This document shows, in pieces, positions 12,483-25,092 of a stretch of 64,000 nt of DNA. Made by a program: the position numbers and the translations under genes. Origin of the DNA: Camelus dromedarius (lineage: Eukaryota). How positions within the stretch are numbered: position 1 is the first letter of the stretch; each line of letters starts with the position of its first letter. The stretch lies in contig NC_087437.1 of assembly GCF_036321535.1 (NCBI RefSeq), forward strand, positions 91,266,001 to 91,330,000, written 5' to 3'. The notes under the pieces were generated by a model. That model had not been told where the DNA came from. It searched no databases and was given only the letters and a program-made list of their open reading frames with translations.

Positions 12483-12876
12483 GGGAAAGAAGCCCACTGA
12501 TCCATACACATGGAGATGGAGAGGAGTTGGTCCTCTCAGTCAAGAGAAATCTGTATCTTTCACACAAAAACACTCGAGTAAAGAAGTGAAAAGGAGTCTT
12601 TTGGACTACTGTGGTTTTTTGTTACCTGTCATTTTCTTAACAGGACCAGCGATTTGATTTTCAGACTTGGCAACAACAATCCATTTCTTTGGCTCAACGG
12701 CGTGAAATATGTATAGTTTCTGAACTAGTAAAGTAACAGCCAGTTCTTACTTTTCTCCCCCATCCACAAGAACTATTATTCTATATTTGAAAGTACAATG
12801 TCAATTTTGTAAGGTTCTCTGCAATGAATTTTGCCATTTCTTTTAAATTCTAGAGAAACTGATAAAGGGAGGAAAT

Positions 12877-12898
12877 GGGCGGGGGCGGGGGTTGGGGG
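12877..12898 (+). promoter_or_regulatory. Canonical G-quadruplex motif / tandem GC boxes
   Basis: GGG-C-GGGGG-C-GGGGG-TT-GGGGG, containing two GGGCGG Sp/KLF boxes. Confidence 0.5.
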
Positions 12899-13594
12899 TG
12901 GATCAGAGCCACTGCAGAGTTCCACCCAGTTTGCTGTTTGTCACTGCCAAAATGCATCATGGAGATGGGTTTATGAAAGGGACCTGCTGAAAGAATAAGG
13001 ATTTTACTGGAACATTTCAGAATTATATTAAAGTGAGATTTATACTGATACTTAAGATGAAATGTTAATGCTTATTCTGTTAGCCGCTGTGATGGGAGGA
13101 AATGTACAGTATTGAGAGACATTATCCTCCCAGCCAGAGCAAGTTATATAAGGTGAAACAAGAAATAGAGAGAACAAAGCAGGTGGAGCAAGCAAAAGAG
13201 AAATCTATGGTGTTTAAGGAAATGTAGAAAAAAGAGGAAGGGAAAAACAGAGAAAAGGCAGCAAGGACGATAACATAAATTTGGGAGGTAGGGACATTAA
13301 ACCAAAAGAACAATGATGCTAATTCCATATCTCAAAAAGCACAGAAAAATAAAAGTTGGATGAATAAGGATAAAATAGACACCAACATGAAAATATTCTT
13401 GTTAACTTCTTCATTTTTATTATGCCTTATTCAACCTATACTTTTGACTGACAGCATGCATTGTTTACTCTGAAATTACGCTTACTTGTTTTTTAACTCC
13501 ATGTCTCAAAGTTTAATAATTTAATTGTACACCTTTTCAGTCCAAATATGAGCTTAATGCAGTCTTTATTGAGTCTGCACACTTTGCTTCAAGG

Positions 13595-13825
13595 GAAAGG
13601 CTATGCAGCAGGGTGAACAAAAACTTGGGCTTCCCCTGGCTTCAAAGTAATATTGGGTAAAGTATTCAGTCTCTCTGTGCCTCAGTTTCCTCAAATATAA
13701 ACTCTAGTTGGTTGCAGCAGTACTTACAACATGCTGTGGCCATAAATATTATATGAATTAATTCATAAAAACACTAAAATTAATGATCACTAGGTAGTAT
13801 ATGGTTAATAATATTACCATTATTT
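13595..13825 (+). mobile_element. MIR SINE
   Basis: Core ctctctgtgcctcagtttcctcaaatataa. Confidence 0.75.
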
Positions 13826-13889
13826 TACCACCTGCAATGGATTAGTTTGTGCCCATGCATAGTTTTAATAAATTTACTAGATTACACAT

Positions 13890-15060
13890 TTTTTAAACTG
13901 TTCATTTTTTATTAATTTAAGACACACATAAAAGTTACCAGAATCACACGAAATGTTTCCTTATTCTTTTATTCTGCTTTCCCTGTGTCAGCATTTTTAC
14001 ATAACCATAGGACAATTGTCAAAGTCAGGAAATTAATACCAGTACAATATTATTAAACATTTTATAGGCCTAATTTCCTTTTATCAGGTTTTCCACTAAT
14101 GTCCTTCTTCTGTTTCAGGATTCTGTCCAAGATCCATATTACTTATAGTTGTTATTTCCCTTCAGTATCTTCTAAGCCTGTAAGATTTTCTCAGCCTTTC
14201 TCATCTTTTGTCACGTTGACACTTGAAGAGCTATGATCAATTGTTTTGTCAGATGTCTCTGAACTGGCATTTGTCTGATGATTTCTCATCATAACAAACA
14301 GGTGATGCAGTTTTTGAAAGAATATCATCGAAATAATGCTGTATTCTTTTCAGTGAATCATATCAAGTGGTTTGTAATGTTAGTATATTTCACTACAGAT
14401 GTTAAACGTGATCGCTCGGTCAAGGTGGCTTCTTTCAGGTTTCTCCATGGTAAAGTTACTGTCTTTCCTTTTGTACTTTATCAATATATTGGGGAGATAC
14501 TTTGAGATTATGAAATCCTGATTCTCCTCATAGTTTTACCTAATAATTTTAGCATTCCATCAGTGGATCTTGTCTTTAAGATTTCCTATTATGGTGTTTG
14601 CCTAATGTTAATTTTCTATTTTCCTTCTACCTTCTTTATCAATTTGAATTGTACTGTAAGAAAGAAAAGTCTGTCATGCCCCATATATTTACTTAACAGA
14701 CAATTTTAACAATGTGAATTTATAAATACTAATTTTCTTCTATGGGTTAAAATCTAATACTGTTATTTATTTTGTTGTTCAAATTTATTTTCCTGCTTTT
14801 GCCATTAGGAGAGTCTTCAGATTGATTGGTTTTGTGTTCTTTCAACTAGCCCTTATCTTTTTTTTTTTCACTTCTTTACTTTCTGAGATCATGAGATGTT
14901 CCATCTCTTATTGTATTTCCTCTGTCCTGAGTCATTCAAGGAATATAGTTCCTTTTGCTGTTTAGAAGGCAAAAATGGAACCCAGATATGCCGGTTATGC
15001 TGTATATATAAACACACACAGATAGATGCATTTGTATATTAAAATCATGGGTTTATAGTG
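13890..15060 (-). mobile_element. L1MC/L1MD-type 3'UTR
   Basis: ttttacataaccatag..caattgtcaaagtcaggaaattaa, ccactaatgtccttcttctgtttcagga, aggtttctccatggtaaagttact are antisense L1MC/MD 3' end motifs. Confidence 0.8.
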
Positions 15061-16064
15061 CTATTTTATAACAGCTATCTCAATATGAAGTTAAAAATCT
15101 GAGTACATTTTGAACACATATTCATAAAAATAGCCACTGGATACCCAGCCAACGTAGCAGTTGTAGGGAACTCTAGGACAGCTGCAGGACTGCATAAACA
15201 CATATGTGATAAAATCATCACAGGCGTAGTAGAGGAGCAGACTTAACAATGGATGAGGAAGAGGAGACAAGTGAAGAAGAAATCAAAAAGATCAGGAAGG
15301 AGCTGACCAAATTGAATAGGGCAGTGTGGTAAGAGTGATTAAGAGTTGGATTCCGATTCAACTGTTTAATATGAGAGACCTCTCTGGAAATAAAAAGAAA
15401 AAGAGAGAGAATTGGAGAAAGGGAGATTGAAAGAAAAACTCCAGATAAATTCATTTCTGATCTCAAATTTCAATAGGAAAAAGAAAATTGAAACTGTGAT
15501 AGCTTTCTCAAAATACCAGTTAGGATGAGCAGAGTATAGAGATAGTCAAATAATATTTTTAATAGTAATCCAGAGATATGGAATATCAGATCTAAAACCT
15601 GTTAAATATTAGCTATGAAGTAAAACCTGAGAATTATCCTTTAAATTGGGTCTAATTTGGAACATGTAGCAAGTATGCTAATGGTTTAGTTTAGAATATA
15701 ATAAATATATTTAAACTTTACCACTCTAATTGTGACCAGAAACAAGTGAGGTTAAGATAAGGTAGTAAATCATCATAAGTGATAAATTACAGGGCATCGT
15801 CAAACAGGAATGAATTGTAGGTGATACGGAGAAGGAAAACCAAAGGAAATTTTCAGTGGCCACTTGCATCCAATACTGTGAGTCAGCATTATTACTTAAC
15901 ATATTATTTGGATAGAAAAACATGTCCATCTGTTGGTAGCCCTTCTGGGAAATTCTTAGACAGGATTAACTTCTAATAATCAGGCCTGGCATAGTAGAAA
16001 CTGTGTACTTTTTCAAATATAACGTGTCTAAAACACAAGTCCCATGACATGTCCCCACATAGGG

Positions 16065-16594
16065 TGTGTATGACAGAATAATGGCCCCCTCAATGATGTC
16101 CAAGTTCTCTAATCCCTGGAAACTGTCAGCATGTTACTGAACACTGCAAAAGGGAATTTGAATTTGTGATTAAGGTTATAAATCTTGAGATTATACAGGT
16201 GAGCCTAATCTAATCACATTAGTCCTTAAAATCTGAGAAGATGAGAAATGAGGATTTGACCTGACATTATTGGCATTGAAGAAGGATGGGAGGAGCACAC
16301 AAACCAAGGGATGAGGTTGCTTTCAAAGGCTGGGACTTGCCCACACTTACAGACCGTAAGCCACGGAGCCTCTGGTTCTACAATTACAAGGAACAACATA
16401 AGTGAGTCTAACAACAGAGGCTACCCTAGAACTCCCAGAAAGGAATATAATACTCTAACACTTTGATCTTACTGCACCGAGTCCTGTGTTAGTCCTGTGT
16501 TAGACTTCTGACCTAAAGAATTGTAAGATAATACATTTCTGTTGTTTTAAGCCACCAAACTTGTTTGTTATGGCAGCAATAAAAATTGGTTCTC
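16065..16594 (+). mobile_element. MLT1D-like MaLR solo LTR
   Basis: Starts tgtgtatgacagaataatggcccc..gatgtcc..ctaatccctggaa; ends ttctgacct..agaattgtaagataa..tgttgttttaagccacca..tttgttatggcagcaata. Confidence 0.85.
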
Positions 16595-16694
16595 TGGGTT
16601 TTGCCGTAATTCTGAATACAAAGAAGAGCTTGGGAAAGTTCAGTAAGTTGAAATGATTAAAGTGAAAGCAGGATGATACAAAATGGTAAATGGG

Positions 16695-16930
16695 AAATGA
16701 ATCTTTGCTGAGCTCTGATTATATATTAAATGTTTAGCATCTTAAAAAATTATCATATATACGCACCTCAATAACCCAGTGAGATAAGTATCTTTTTGCT
16801 AATTCTATACATGTGGAAACTGATGCTTAGTTGGAGAGGTTGAATAATATTCTGAAGAATATATAATTATGAAGGAGTGAGACTGCAGCTTCAACCTAAT
16901 GCAGGTCAGGCTTCAGAGCCATATTCATAA
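16695..16930 (-). mobile_element. MIR SINE
   Basis: cctcaataacccagtgagataagta...atgtggaaactgatgcttag..agaggtt. Confidence 0.6.
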
Positions 16931-19900
16931 GAGGCCATGTTTCTTAAAACGTATCTGTCAAGTCCCATGATATGTGCTTTACATGCATTATCTTATTTGC
17001 TACTTAAAACAAATAATTTTGCTCATACTGAGTATAAGGACACACTTTAAAGGAAGGAAATACCAGTCACTAGAAAAGTTTTTTTTAAAGGGTGAAACTG
17101 GAACGAAGACTCAACCTCAAATGGGAGTTGAGTTAAGAATGGTATGTCGGTCCCTTGAGAGAAGGAAAGAGGTGAGAAGCTCAAAAGGACCATTTATGTT
17201 TAGTGGTTTGTTTTTTTTTTTTAATATCAAGAACAGAGAAGCACTAAGAGTTCTCAGTATGTATATGACGTAAAATGTATGTATACCTATATGCATTTTA
17301 TAATACTGGCATCGTTTTTTTTTGATGTACTGTTTATGTTGACTGTTTTGTCCCATCTGACCAAACTGATGTGTTTATTCATTAAGGGACAGAACACAAA
17401 AATTCACTACATTGTTAAAGAAAACTGTAAGAAAATGTTATCAGACATTTATGTAGCTAAGGGACATTTTGTCTCATATTTATAATTTTGGAAATACAGA
17501 CTATAATTTATAACCTATAACATACTTATAGTGTATAATCTATAATTGTTTAAGCTATATTCAGGAAGTACAGCCTAGAAGTAACTTTAATGATACAGCT
17601 TAAGAACATAAGCAACCTTTGCTATTTTATAGCAAGTACTTCACTATGCGGTTAAAATTCTAGCTAAAGTTTGACTGCCACATCTGAAGCAATGAGACAA
17701 TTTTACTCAATTTCCTTTCATTTTTTTCCCTGATTTTGTCACCAGAATGAAGTATTGGCATTTGCATGCTCCATTTATTCTGTGAAGTATAGTAATATGC
17801 TGTACTATTTTGACCTTTTTGAAAGTCTGAAATTTAATTAGTTGACTATTTTCCACTAGTCATCATCTCAACCTCATTGAGTTGTGAGAAAGGATAGACT
17901 GGCCACAAAATGTGTGAAAAATGATTAAGGATTTCACATTTCGTATATCTTTCATCCTCATGATCCTCTCAATTCTGTTTCAGGAATCTTAGATGTATAA
18001 CCAGCATTTGATCATATTGAAGTCATGATAAAACAGCAAAGTGCTCATTACAACATACATATTTAGCTCATTTTCACATATCTAAGAAATGATGTCCTTT
18101 CAAAGTGAATGTATAGTATACTAAAAAGAGAGAAATTTGGTGTGTAGGAAAATTACTTATTACTTTGACATCTAGAGATTGTGCTCTTTATTGCTACTGA
18201 AGTGAAGGGCAGTCATGTAGATGAAGAGGTGTCATAAATTACATGAAATAGTTAATCTAGTCGTGTTGCCTTTTTAAAAATGATCTACTATTAGCGTTAA
18301 GTAACTTTCTCCTAATTTGTATTAATTAGTACAGGAGATCTGTGCTTCCACAAAATAATGAATAAAACAAGCGTCATTTTTTTGGAATGATGCATCGATA
18401 ATAAGAATTGGATATGCAGTACTTTAGTTACAGAACTGCATTTCTGGCTAATGAGTTTCCTATTCTGAAAATAACTCTGAACACGTATATGGTATTGGTC
18501 GTAATTACTTATACTTTGTAGTCAAATTTGTATTTTTTGTGAAATGCTGAACTATAGTTATCATTAAAGCAAGCAGTCTTTTAAGGTTAAGGTGATATTC
18601 CAGCTTTGCAATTCTTATCCAAGGAAGATCTTTAGAAAAAAAAGGGTCATTTTTCTTTGTCACTTCCTGGTGGTCATATACTTCCTACATTCTGTACACA
18701 AATTTATTTAAAGATAAAAAATGGTATTTTTTTAACAAAACTACATTACCATAAGTATGAGCATGTGGAATGATCTACAATGGCATATCAAGCCTAGTAA
18801 GATTTTTAAATCTAGGATGTCATTATAAGCCTGGTGTTTGCATGTTGAGGATTCTTCACTTAGGATCACTGTGACTTGTTTGTTGTACAACAAACAAACA
18901 AACACCCCACCCCCAAAAAATGAAAAACAACTGGAAGACAGCACTATTCTGTCCCTAATAACTTGGGAAGTGTGCTTAAAGTCAGAAAGAATTTTCTTTT
19001 TATATCTTCATAATTTCACCTTCCCCAACATTTTCATTGGTTCTCAGAGCTCTATTGCCCACAGCTAAATCCATTTCTCTGTGCCACTAAATCAAATGCT
19101 AATTAGACTCTTTCCCCCAAAATGGCATATTTTAAAATAATTCTACCACTTATGCACTTTGTAAGAATGGGAACACTTTAATTAAGCCTAGTGAGCAGGC
19201 TTTGAATTGTTACAAAGTAATTCACACCAAGGGAATAGTTATAAACAGTATAATAATTCAAGTCCATGAGTATATTTTTATTATCACAAAGTGATATTTT
19301 AGAAACTCTCATTTGTTTGAGAAATCACATGAGGACACATTGCACTTAACAATACCAGTTTCCTGAAATGAAAATGATTCTGCAAAATATAGCAGCTAAG
19401 GCCAAAGGAGGAATCTCTAGATGCCAAATTTGTTAATCTCCCCTAAAAGAGTTAGTGTGTTTCATAAGGATTCTGTTGGCTTCTCTCTTGCAATGGCAGA
19501 ACATAGGAGAAAAAAAAAAACTTATTTATATGTGTATATTTTGATAGGTTTTCAAACATAAAAGAATTCAGTATATTAATTGTAGCACATTTGAAACATT
19601 ATTTGCCAACCACATATAATGTCTAGTTTTATTTGTAGTGATACCAGCAAAGATCTGTCATCTTCTAGAGTCCAGATTGTGACATCCATGAGTGCCTGAT
19701 AAAATATGTGGAACATTGCAGTTGTATTATTGTTTACCATGGCAGGTATGTATTTATATTATTATTATTATCATTGTCAGGCATTTGTGATTCTTCTGAC
19801 ACAACTTAGAGCATCCCATGCATGATCACTTTTCTTTAACATCTTTTTGGCTAAAATCACATTCCAGGTAGTTCTGAAGATGCTCTCATGTTTCCCTCTT

Positions 19901-20231
19901 TCACTAAGATTCTGCCTAAGGAGTCAGAGATGAGGTGACAGCAGAAATAATATATTATCCAAAACAAATTCCAGAGGTTACTTATTACTATCATTATTGT
20001 TCATTATTAGTATTTTCTTTGGCATTTGGGGGACTACCTGGGAACCATTTTATATTAACTGAACTTCCCTTTTATTAGATATGCATAATACTTATCACAG
20101 TGCTATGACTATTCTAGACCCTAAATAAAAATAAATTTTAAATTAATTTAAAATAGAATCTCTTAATGATCACCAACATGTCTGGTTCTTTCTTTTGCTA
20201 CATTTTTCCATCTCTTTGAGATTATAGAAGG

Positions 20232-20530
20232 TGTAGTGAATTGCTTTTTAAGCAGAATTCAATATGTTTCACCTTTATGTGGAAACATTTAGTATTTAAA
20301 AGCCACTTGGTGATTCTCCATGCTCTTTTCCCCAGAACACCGTGATAAAGGATATGGACATTCCACAAACTTAGAGTATTTTGGAATGAGAAGTCACCAC
20401 CTGAGGGTCATTCTCTTAGAGAATTGCCTCGACTCACAGTGACCATTACATCTTGGCTGTTTTAAGTCACTGTTATTTTTTGGATTGTTGCTGAAGGACT
20501 GAAGGACCACTTAAATCTTTATCCTGAATA
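20232..20530 (+). mobile_element. Old MLT1-type LTR, degenerate
   Basis: tgtagtgaattg...; 3' tgttttaagtcactg..ttttggattgttg..ctgaata. Confidence 0.45.
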
Positions 20531-20581
20531 ATAGCAATGCTAATTTCTAGGTAGAAATTTACCAGTACTATAAATAGAAGG

Positions 20582-20616
20582 GTGCATGTGTGCGTGTGTG
20601 CGTGTGTGCGTGTGTG
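20582..20616. repeat. (GTGTGCGT)n alternating purine-pyrimidine microsatellite
   Basis: gtgcatgtgtgcgtgtgtgcgtgtgtgcgtgtgtg. Confidence 0.9.
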
Positions 20617-20869
20617 TTGTATAAACATAAACAGATACGTGATCCAAAGAACTGTGGATGAGCAAATTGAGTAACACCATCAAGTGAATGCAAACAGGAA
20701 AAGTAAAGGGAGATTACTGACGACATTTCTTTGTGAAGAGGCTCCACAAAAAGAAAAAAAAAGCTACTGATGTCAGAAATCCCCTCTTGTGACAGTTTTC
20801 CCGGAAGCTTCAGATTTATGTAAATATGGTTTGGTCACCATTACCAATGCTGTTTACAGAAGCACCTCA

Positions 20870-21932
20870 TATTCTGTACTTCCAAATCCTAACTAACTCA
20901 TCATTTCTCTCTCAAAAGATTGTGTAGTTTGATTCCATCAGAAAATCCCTCACTTTCCCAGTCACTTAATCCGGAAACCGTGAAGTGACTGATCTCTTTT
21001 TCTCCCCTTATCTGTTCATCTGGACACAGATCCTCTGGATTCCAGTTCCTGCACATAGTTCGCTTGTTCTTCTCACACTTTTCTGCTCTTGTGCTGTTTC
21101 ATTATTCCTTGCTAGGTCGAGCCAATTAACTGGCCTTCCCTTATCCATTTATTTAGCCATTAATCAAGCCCCTACAAAATTCCTCAGAGAACTATTTCTA
21201 AATTACAAATCTGGTCTTGTTACTTCCACTTACAAAATCTTCAATGTTTCCTATACTTTCTAGGAGAATTTTTGATGTAATCCTCCTCCTGTGAGATACT
21301 TCTTGTAAAAAATTACCTTCAACAAATGAGTTTAGGAAACAGTTGTGTTTGGTAATTAACCAAAGCACAGAGAGATATTTTTAAAAAATTGAAGAATGCC
21401 TGATTAATCTTATTTAATTGGTATTTTTCAAATTTACTTAACAATGAGCCCCTTTTATTCATATGTAATATCTACCTCCCTGTAGATCCACTTTTCCAGA
21501 TGGACCCCAGAATAAATGTCAGGTCTCTTAGCAAGTCATTCTAGCTCCTGTTTGCTTCTCCAGATCTATCTCTAGCCATTAATCTTATGCTCTGAGGATT
21601 ATAAAATGCTCTAATTGCTGCATATTCCTAGTTATTTCTCATTTTCCTGTATTTGCTTTCAGATTGTGTCTAGAATGCCTTCTAGAACATTATCTTCCTA
21701 ATTGTTTTTAAATCTTTATGTTTCAGTTTAGACGTAAACTGTTCCTAAAGGCCCTCCTCATATTTACTCATTTCTATTATTGTGATTTCCGTAATAAACA
21801 CTTAATTCCCTATTTATGTGTCTTTTCTCCTTAAAAATAAAAACCTTTGAGGGCAAGGATCATCTCTTTTTTCCTTGCATTTCAGTGCCTGGGAGATGTT
21901 TTGTGTGCAGTAAATATTTATAGAATGAATGA
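20870..21932 (+). mobile_element. L2 3' region, with an unresolved insertion at about 21260-21500
   Basis: tttctaaattacaaatctggtcttgt..., ends tttgagggcaagga...cagtgcctgg...taaatatttatagaatgaatgaa. Confidence 0.7.
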
Positions 21933-22379
21933 ACAATAAACATATAAAAGCATATATAAAATAATGGATTAAATGGTAATTACATGAATGACTGTATATT
22001 ATACATCAGTGTGAATAGTCTTTCAATGTTTAATTCCTATGTTAGTGCATTATAGGTCATTTCAGCCTCTCCTTTTGACCTTGATGGGCTTTTTCAAAAA
22101 CACAAATCAGGAGTGTAAAGTTTTCACAGTACATTCATAATATATAAATGTATTATGACCAGTTAGCACTGTCAGCCTCAGATATTTGCAGTTTTTTCTG
22201 TTGACTTTTAATCATCTTTATGAAGTGTGTTTTCACGTGATGAATTTAGGTTGAGTACAAAAGTTGCTACTGTCTTGGATTCACCATAATCTAGAAGTTA
22301 TTGGATTATGCTTAAACATATCAGTTTCCCTCTGTGAGGTAGGCTTACTCTCAGAATCATGGACAACATTTGGTTTTTG

Positions 22380-22870
22380 CCTTAAAGGTTTTGCTTCTGT
22401 TTCCCTGGATGGCAAGACATAGTTATTTCTTCTGCGGACTCCTTAACTTCTGGATTTTGCCTTAATGCTGTGCGTCCATCTCCAGATTCCTCTGGTTCCT
22501 TTCAACCAGATTTAGTCTGCATTTAAATGACACATCTACAGAAATCCCCAGAGTCTGTATTTGTAGAAACTGTCCTAAGAAAACGACTCCTTGATTCTAG
22601 CTCTTTGCTTAATGTCTCCACCTTAGGGTGTCCTACAAGTGTCACACAGTTGAGAATTTGTCCTTTTCTCTTCCCCATTCCATCACTACCAGTCTCCTTC
22701 CTTTTTACTGTTCCTCCAAGGGCAACATCATTCTCACAATCACCTATATATGAAAAATCTGATATTCTTAGCCTTCGTTTTCTACCTAGAAACCCAAGTT
22801 CTTGTAGTTTCTATCTTTGCGTTATGAATAGAATCTTTGACATCCAATATTTTTCGATTTCTAACTCTTT
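22380..22870 (+). mobile_element. L2 fragment
   Basis: aaatgacacatctaca..., ctctttgcttaatgtctccaccttagggtgtc is L2-like; hosts the spurious 137-aa ORF. Confidence 0.5.
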
Positions 22871-23864
22871 TGTGAGCCATTACAAAAGAATCCACACTTT
22901 TTCTCCCTGTATCAATTATTTTTACTTTTCAATATCTTGAATAAACTGACAGTTTAGTTTATACTAAATCTAAAATCATAATTTTCAGTAGGAGTCTCAT
23001 GATATTTTAACTGGCTCATAGCTATACTCTTATATAAAACAACCCCAAAAAAGCAATGCAAAACACCTCATTCTGCTGTCTAGGAATAAATTTTGCCCTG
23101 CGTAATCTTAAATGGTTCACTGGAATTTATATTTCTCAAAATTAGGCAATATGTGATTGCTTGCTTTTTCAAGTTGGGAATTTAGTTCCTATGGCTGTGA
23201 TATAAACCTTTGGTTCTTAATGAATAATATATCTTTGTGCTGAAGCAGACAAAAGCATATATCCTTATAATACATTCTAAAATTATATCTCTCTATTTAT
23301 CTGTGTATTGATACATGTTTTCTTCCAAAGCATCATAGATTAGCTGCATTCTAATTCCTTATCTATATATTTTCTGTATCTTATTTTAGTGCAGTACTCA
23401 TCAAAACTTTCATTGAGAGAAAAAACAATTTATTGATAATTGTCTGAAGGTTACGTAGTCTATTCATTCTTAACTCTAAAGTCTATTTCTGGATTTAGTA
23501 AATCCACAAAAACAATGTGTGCCTAGGTCATATTATTTTGGTCTGCCATGACAGGACTGCCAAGTATTTAATGGCTCAGTAGAACACAGTTGTGCACAGA
23601 TAGGGATTTTTTCATGTCTTGAGGGGACAGTACAGGGCCTGAGCTGGCTGAATCCCTTAGATTGGTTGCTCTGTCTGTAAGCAGTAAGGGACAAAGGTCC
23701 AGCACACAAATACAGAGGCTATCATTCACTATGTATGCTTTGTTTTGGAACCAGATGTAAAACACTCTACAAAGTTTTTAAATAAAATTGTTCTGTGATA
23801 TTAAGGCATGTATTTATATTGAGATATGTAACAGATGCTACTCTAATTATGGCAAGTGTCTTTA

Positions 23865-24263
23865 AGAATCTGACTTACTGAAGGTTAACCAGAGAAAATT
23901 TTGGTCAATTTTATGTATATACGTGCAGCAAGGACTTGGCTTACATGACTGTGGAGGAAAAAACCAAGTTTTGAACCCACAGGGCAGACCATCAGTAATG
24001 GTAAGATTTAGACATGAACTGAAGGTGCTGTCTCTAGGGAGAATTTCTTCTTCCTCAGGGAAGCCTTGGTTCTACTCATAAAGCCTTTGAAATGATCTAA
24101 TCAGGCCTATCCAGATTATCTAGGATAATCTACCTTACTTAGAGTTAACTGATTAGGGTCTTTTATCACATATGCAAATTACCTTCACAGCAACACTGAA
24201 ATTAAAGTTTGACTGAATAATTGGCAAAAATATCCTAGCCAAGTTGATGTATAATACTGGACA
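23865..24263 (-). mobile_element. MLT2 (ERVL) solo LTR
   Basis: agaatttcttcttcctcagggaagcc...ccagattatctaggataatct..cttacttagagttaactgatta...accttcacagcaaca...cctagccaagttga. Confidence 0.85.
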
Positions 24264-24291
24264 ACCTAACTACAGTAGCTCATGTAATCAT

Positions 24292-24381
24292 TTTTGTTTT
24301 TAAATCAAAGTTTAGGTGATTTACAATGTTGTGTTGGTTTCCAGCGTACAGCATAGTGCTTCCGTTATGCACATACATATA
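24292..24381 (-). mobile_element. Very short L1 3' tail
   Basis: tgatttacaatgttgtgttggtttccagcgtacagcatagtg..ttatgcacatacatata. Confidence 0.75.
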
Positions 24382-24535
24382 ATCTTAATGAAATGCCAAA
24401 GTAGACTTTTTCACCAGTCTTCAGAACTAGGAATGTATGACGCACATACAAAAGTTATTTTCGTTTGTTTGCTTGCTTTGAGTCTGTTTATTGTGTCTTA
24501 TTGATAACTTGAATCAGGTAACTGACCATAAATTC

Positions 24536-25092
24536 TGTGATAGACATACTTTTAAGGGGACCTTATTGAGTCTTACCCTTGTATATCACCTTCCTCTTGA
24601 GTCTGGGCAGAACTTGTGATTTGCTTCTAACAAATTGATTATAGCAAAGGTGATGAGATATCACTCCTCTAATTGCAAAAGATTATGGAAGACTGATTTA
24701 AACTGGAATGAGAGATTTTTCTATTGGTCTTAAAGAAGCAAATAGTCATATTGTGAATTTGTTATGGAGATGACTGAGAAACGGGAAACTGCACCAACTC
24801 TAAGACTTGGCAGCAGCCTCTAGTCAACAGCCAGTAAGAACCTGTGACCTGCAGTCATGAGCCTATAAGAAAATAAATGCTGTCAACAGCATGAATGAGC
24901 TAGGAAGCAGATTCTTCCCGAGCCAGGCCTCCAGTTGAAAATGCAGCATGGCTGACAGCCTAAGGACCTGGAGCAGGGGCGTCAGCTAAGCGATGACTGA
25001 TTCCTGATCTTTAGAAACTGTGATGTAATAAATGTCTGCCGCTTTAAGCTGCTGTTTCTCATAATTTTATGTGGAAATAGAATATTAATGTA
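24536..25092 (+). mobile_element. MLT1E/F-like MaLR solo LTR
   Basis: tgtgatagaca...ttgagtctgggcagaacttgtgatttgcttctaac...aacagccagtaagaa...agaaactgtga..taataaatgt..gctttaagctgct. Confidence 0.85.

Noticed and set aside
15249..15332. Acidic mini-ORF MDEEEETSEEEIKKIRKELTKLNRAVW
   Set aside because: Purine-rich, resembles decayed antisense L2; no splice or homology support
22527..22940. 137-aa ORF
   Set aside because: Lies within an L2 remnant; no domain recognised
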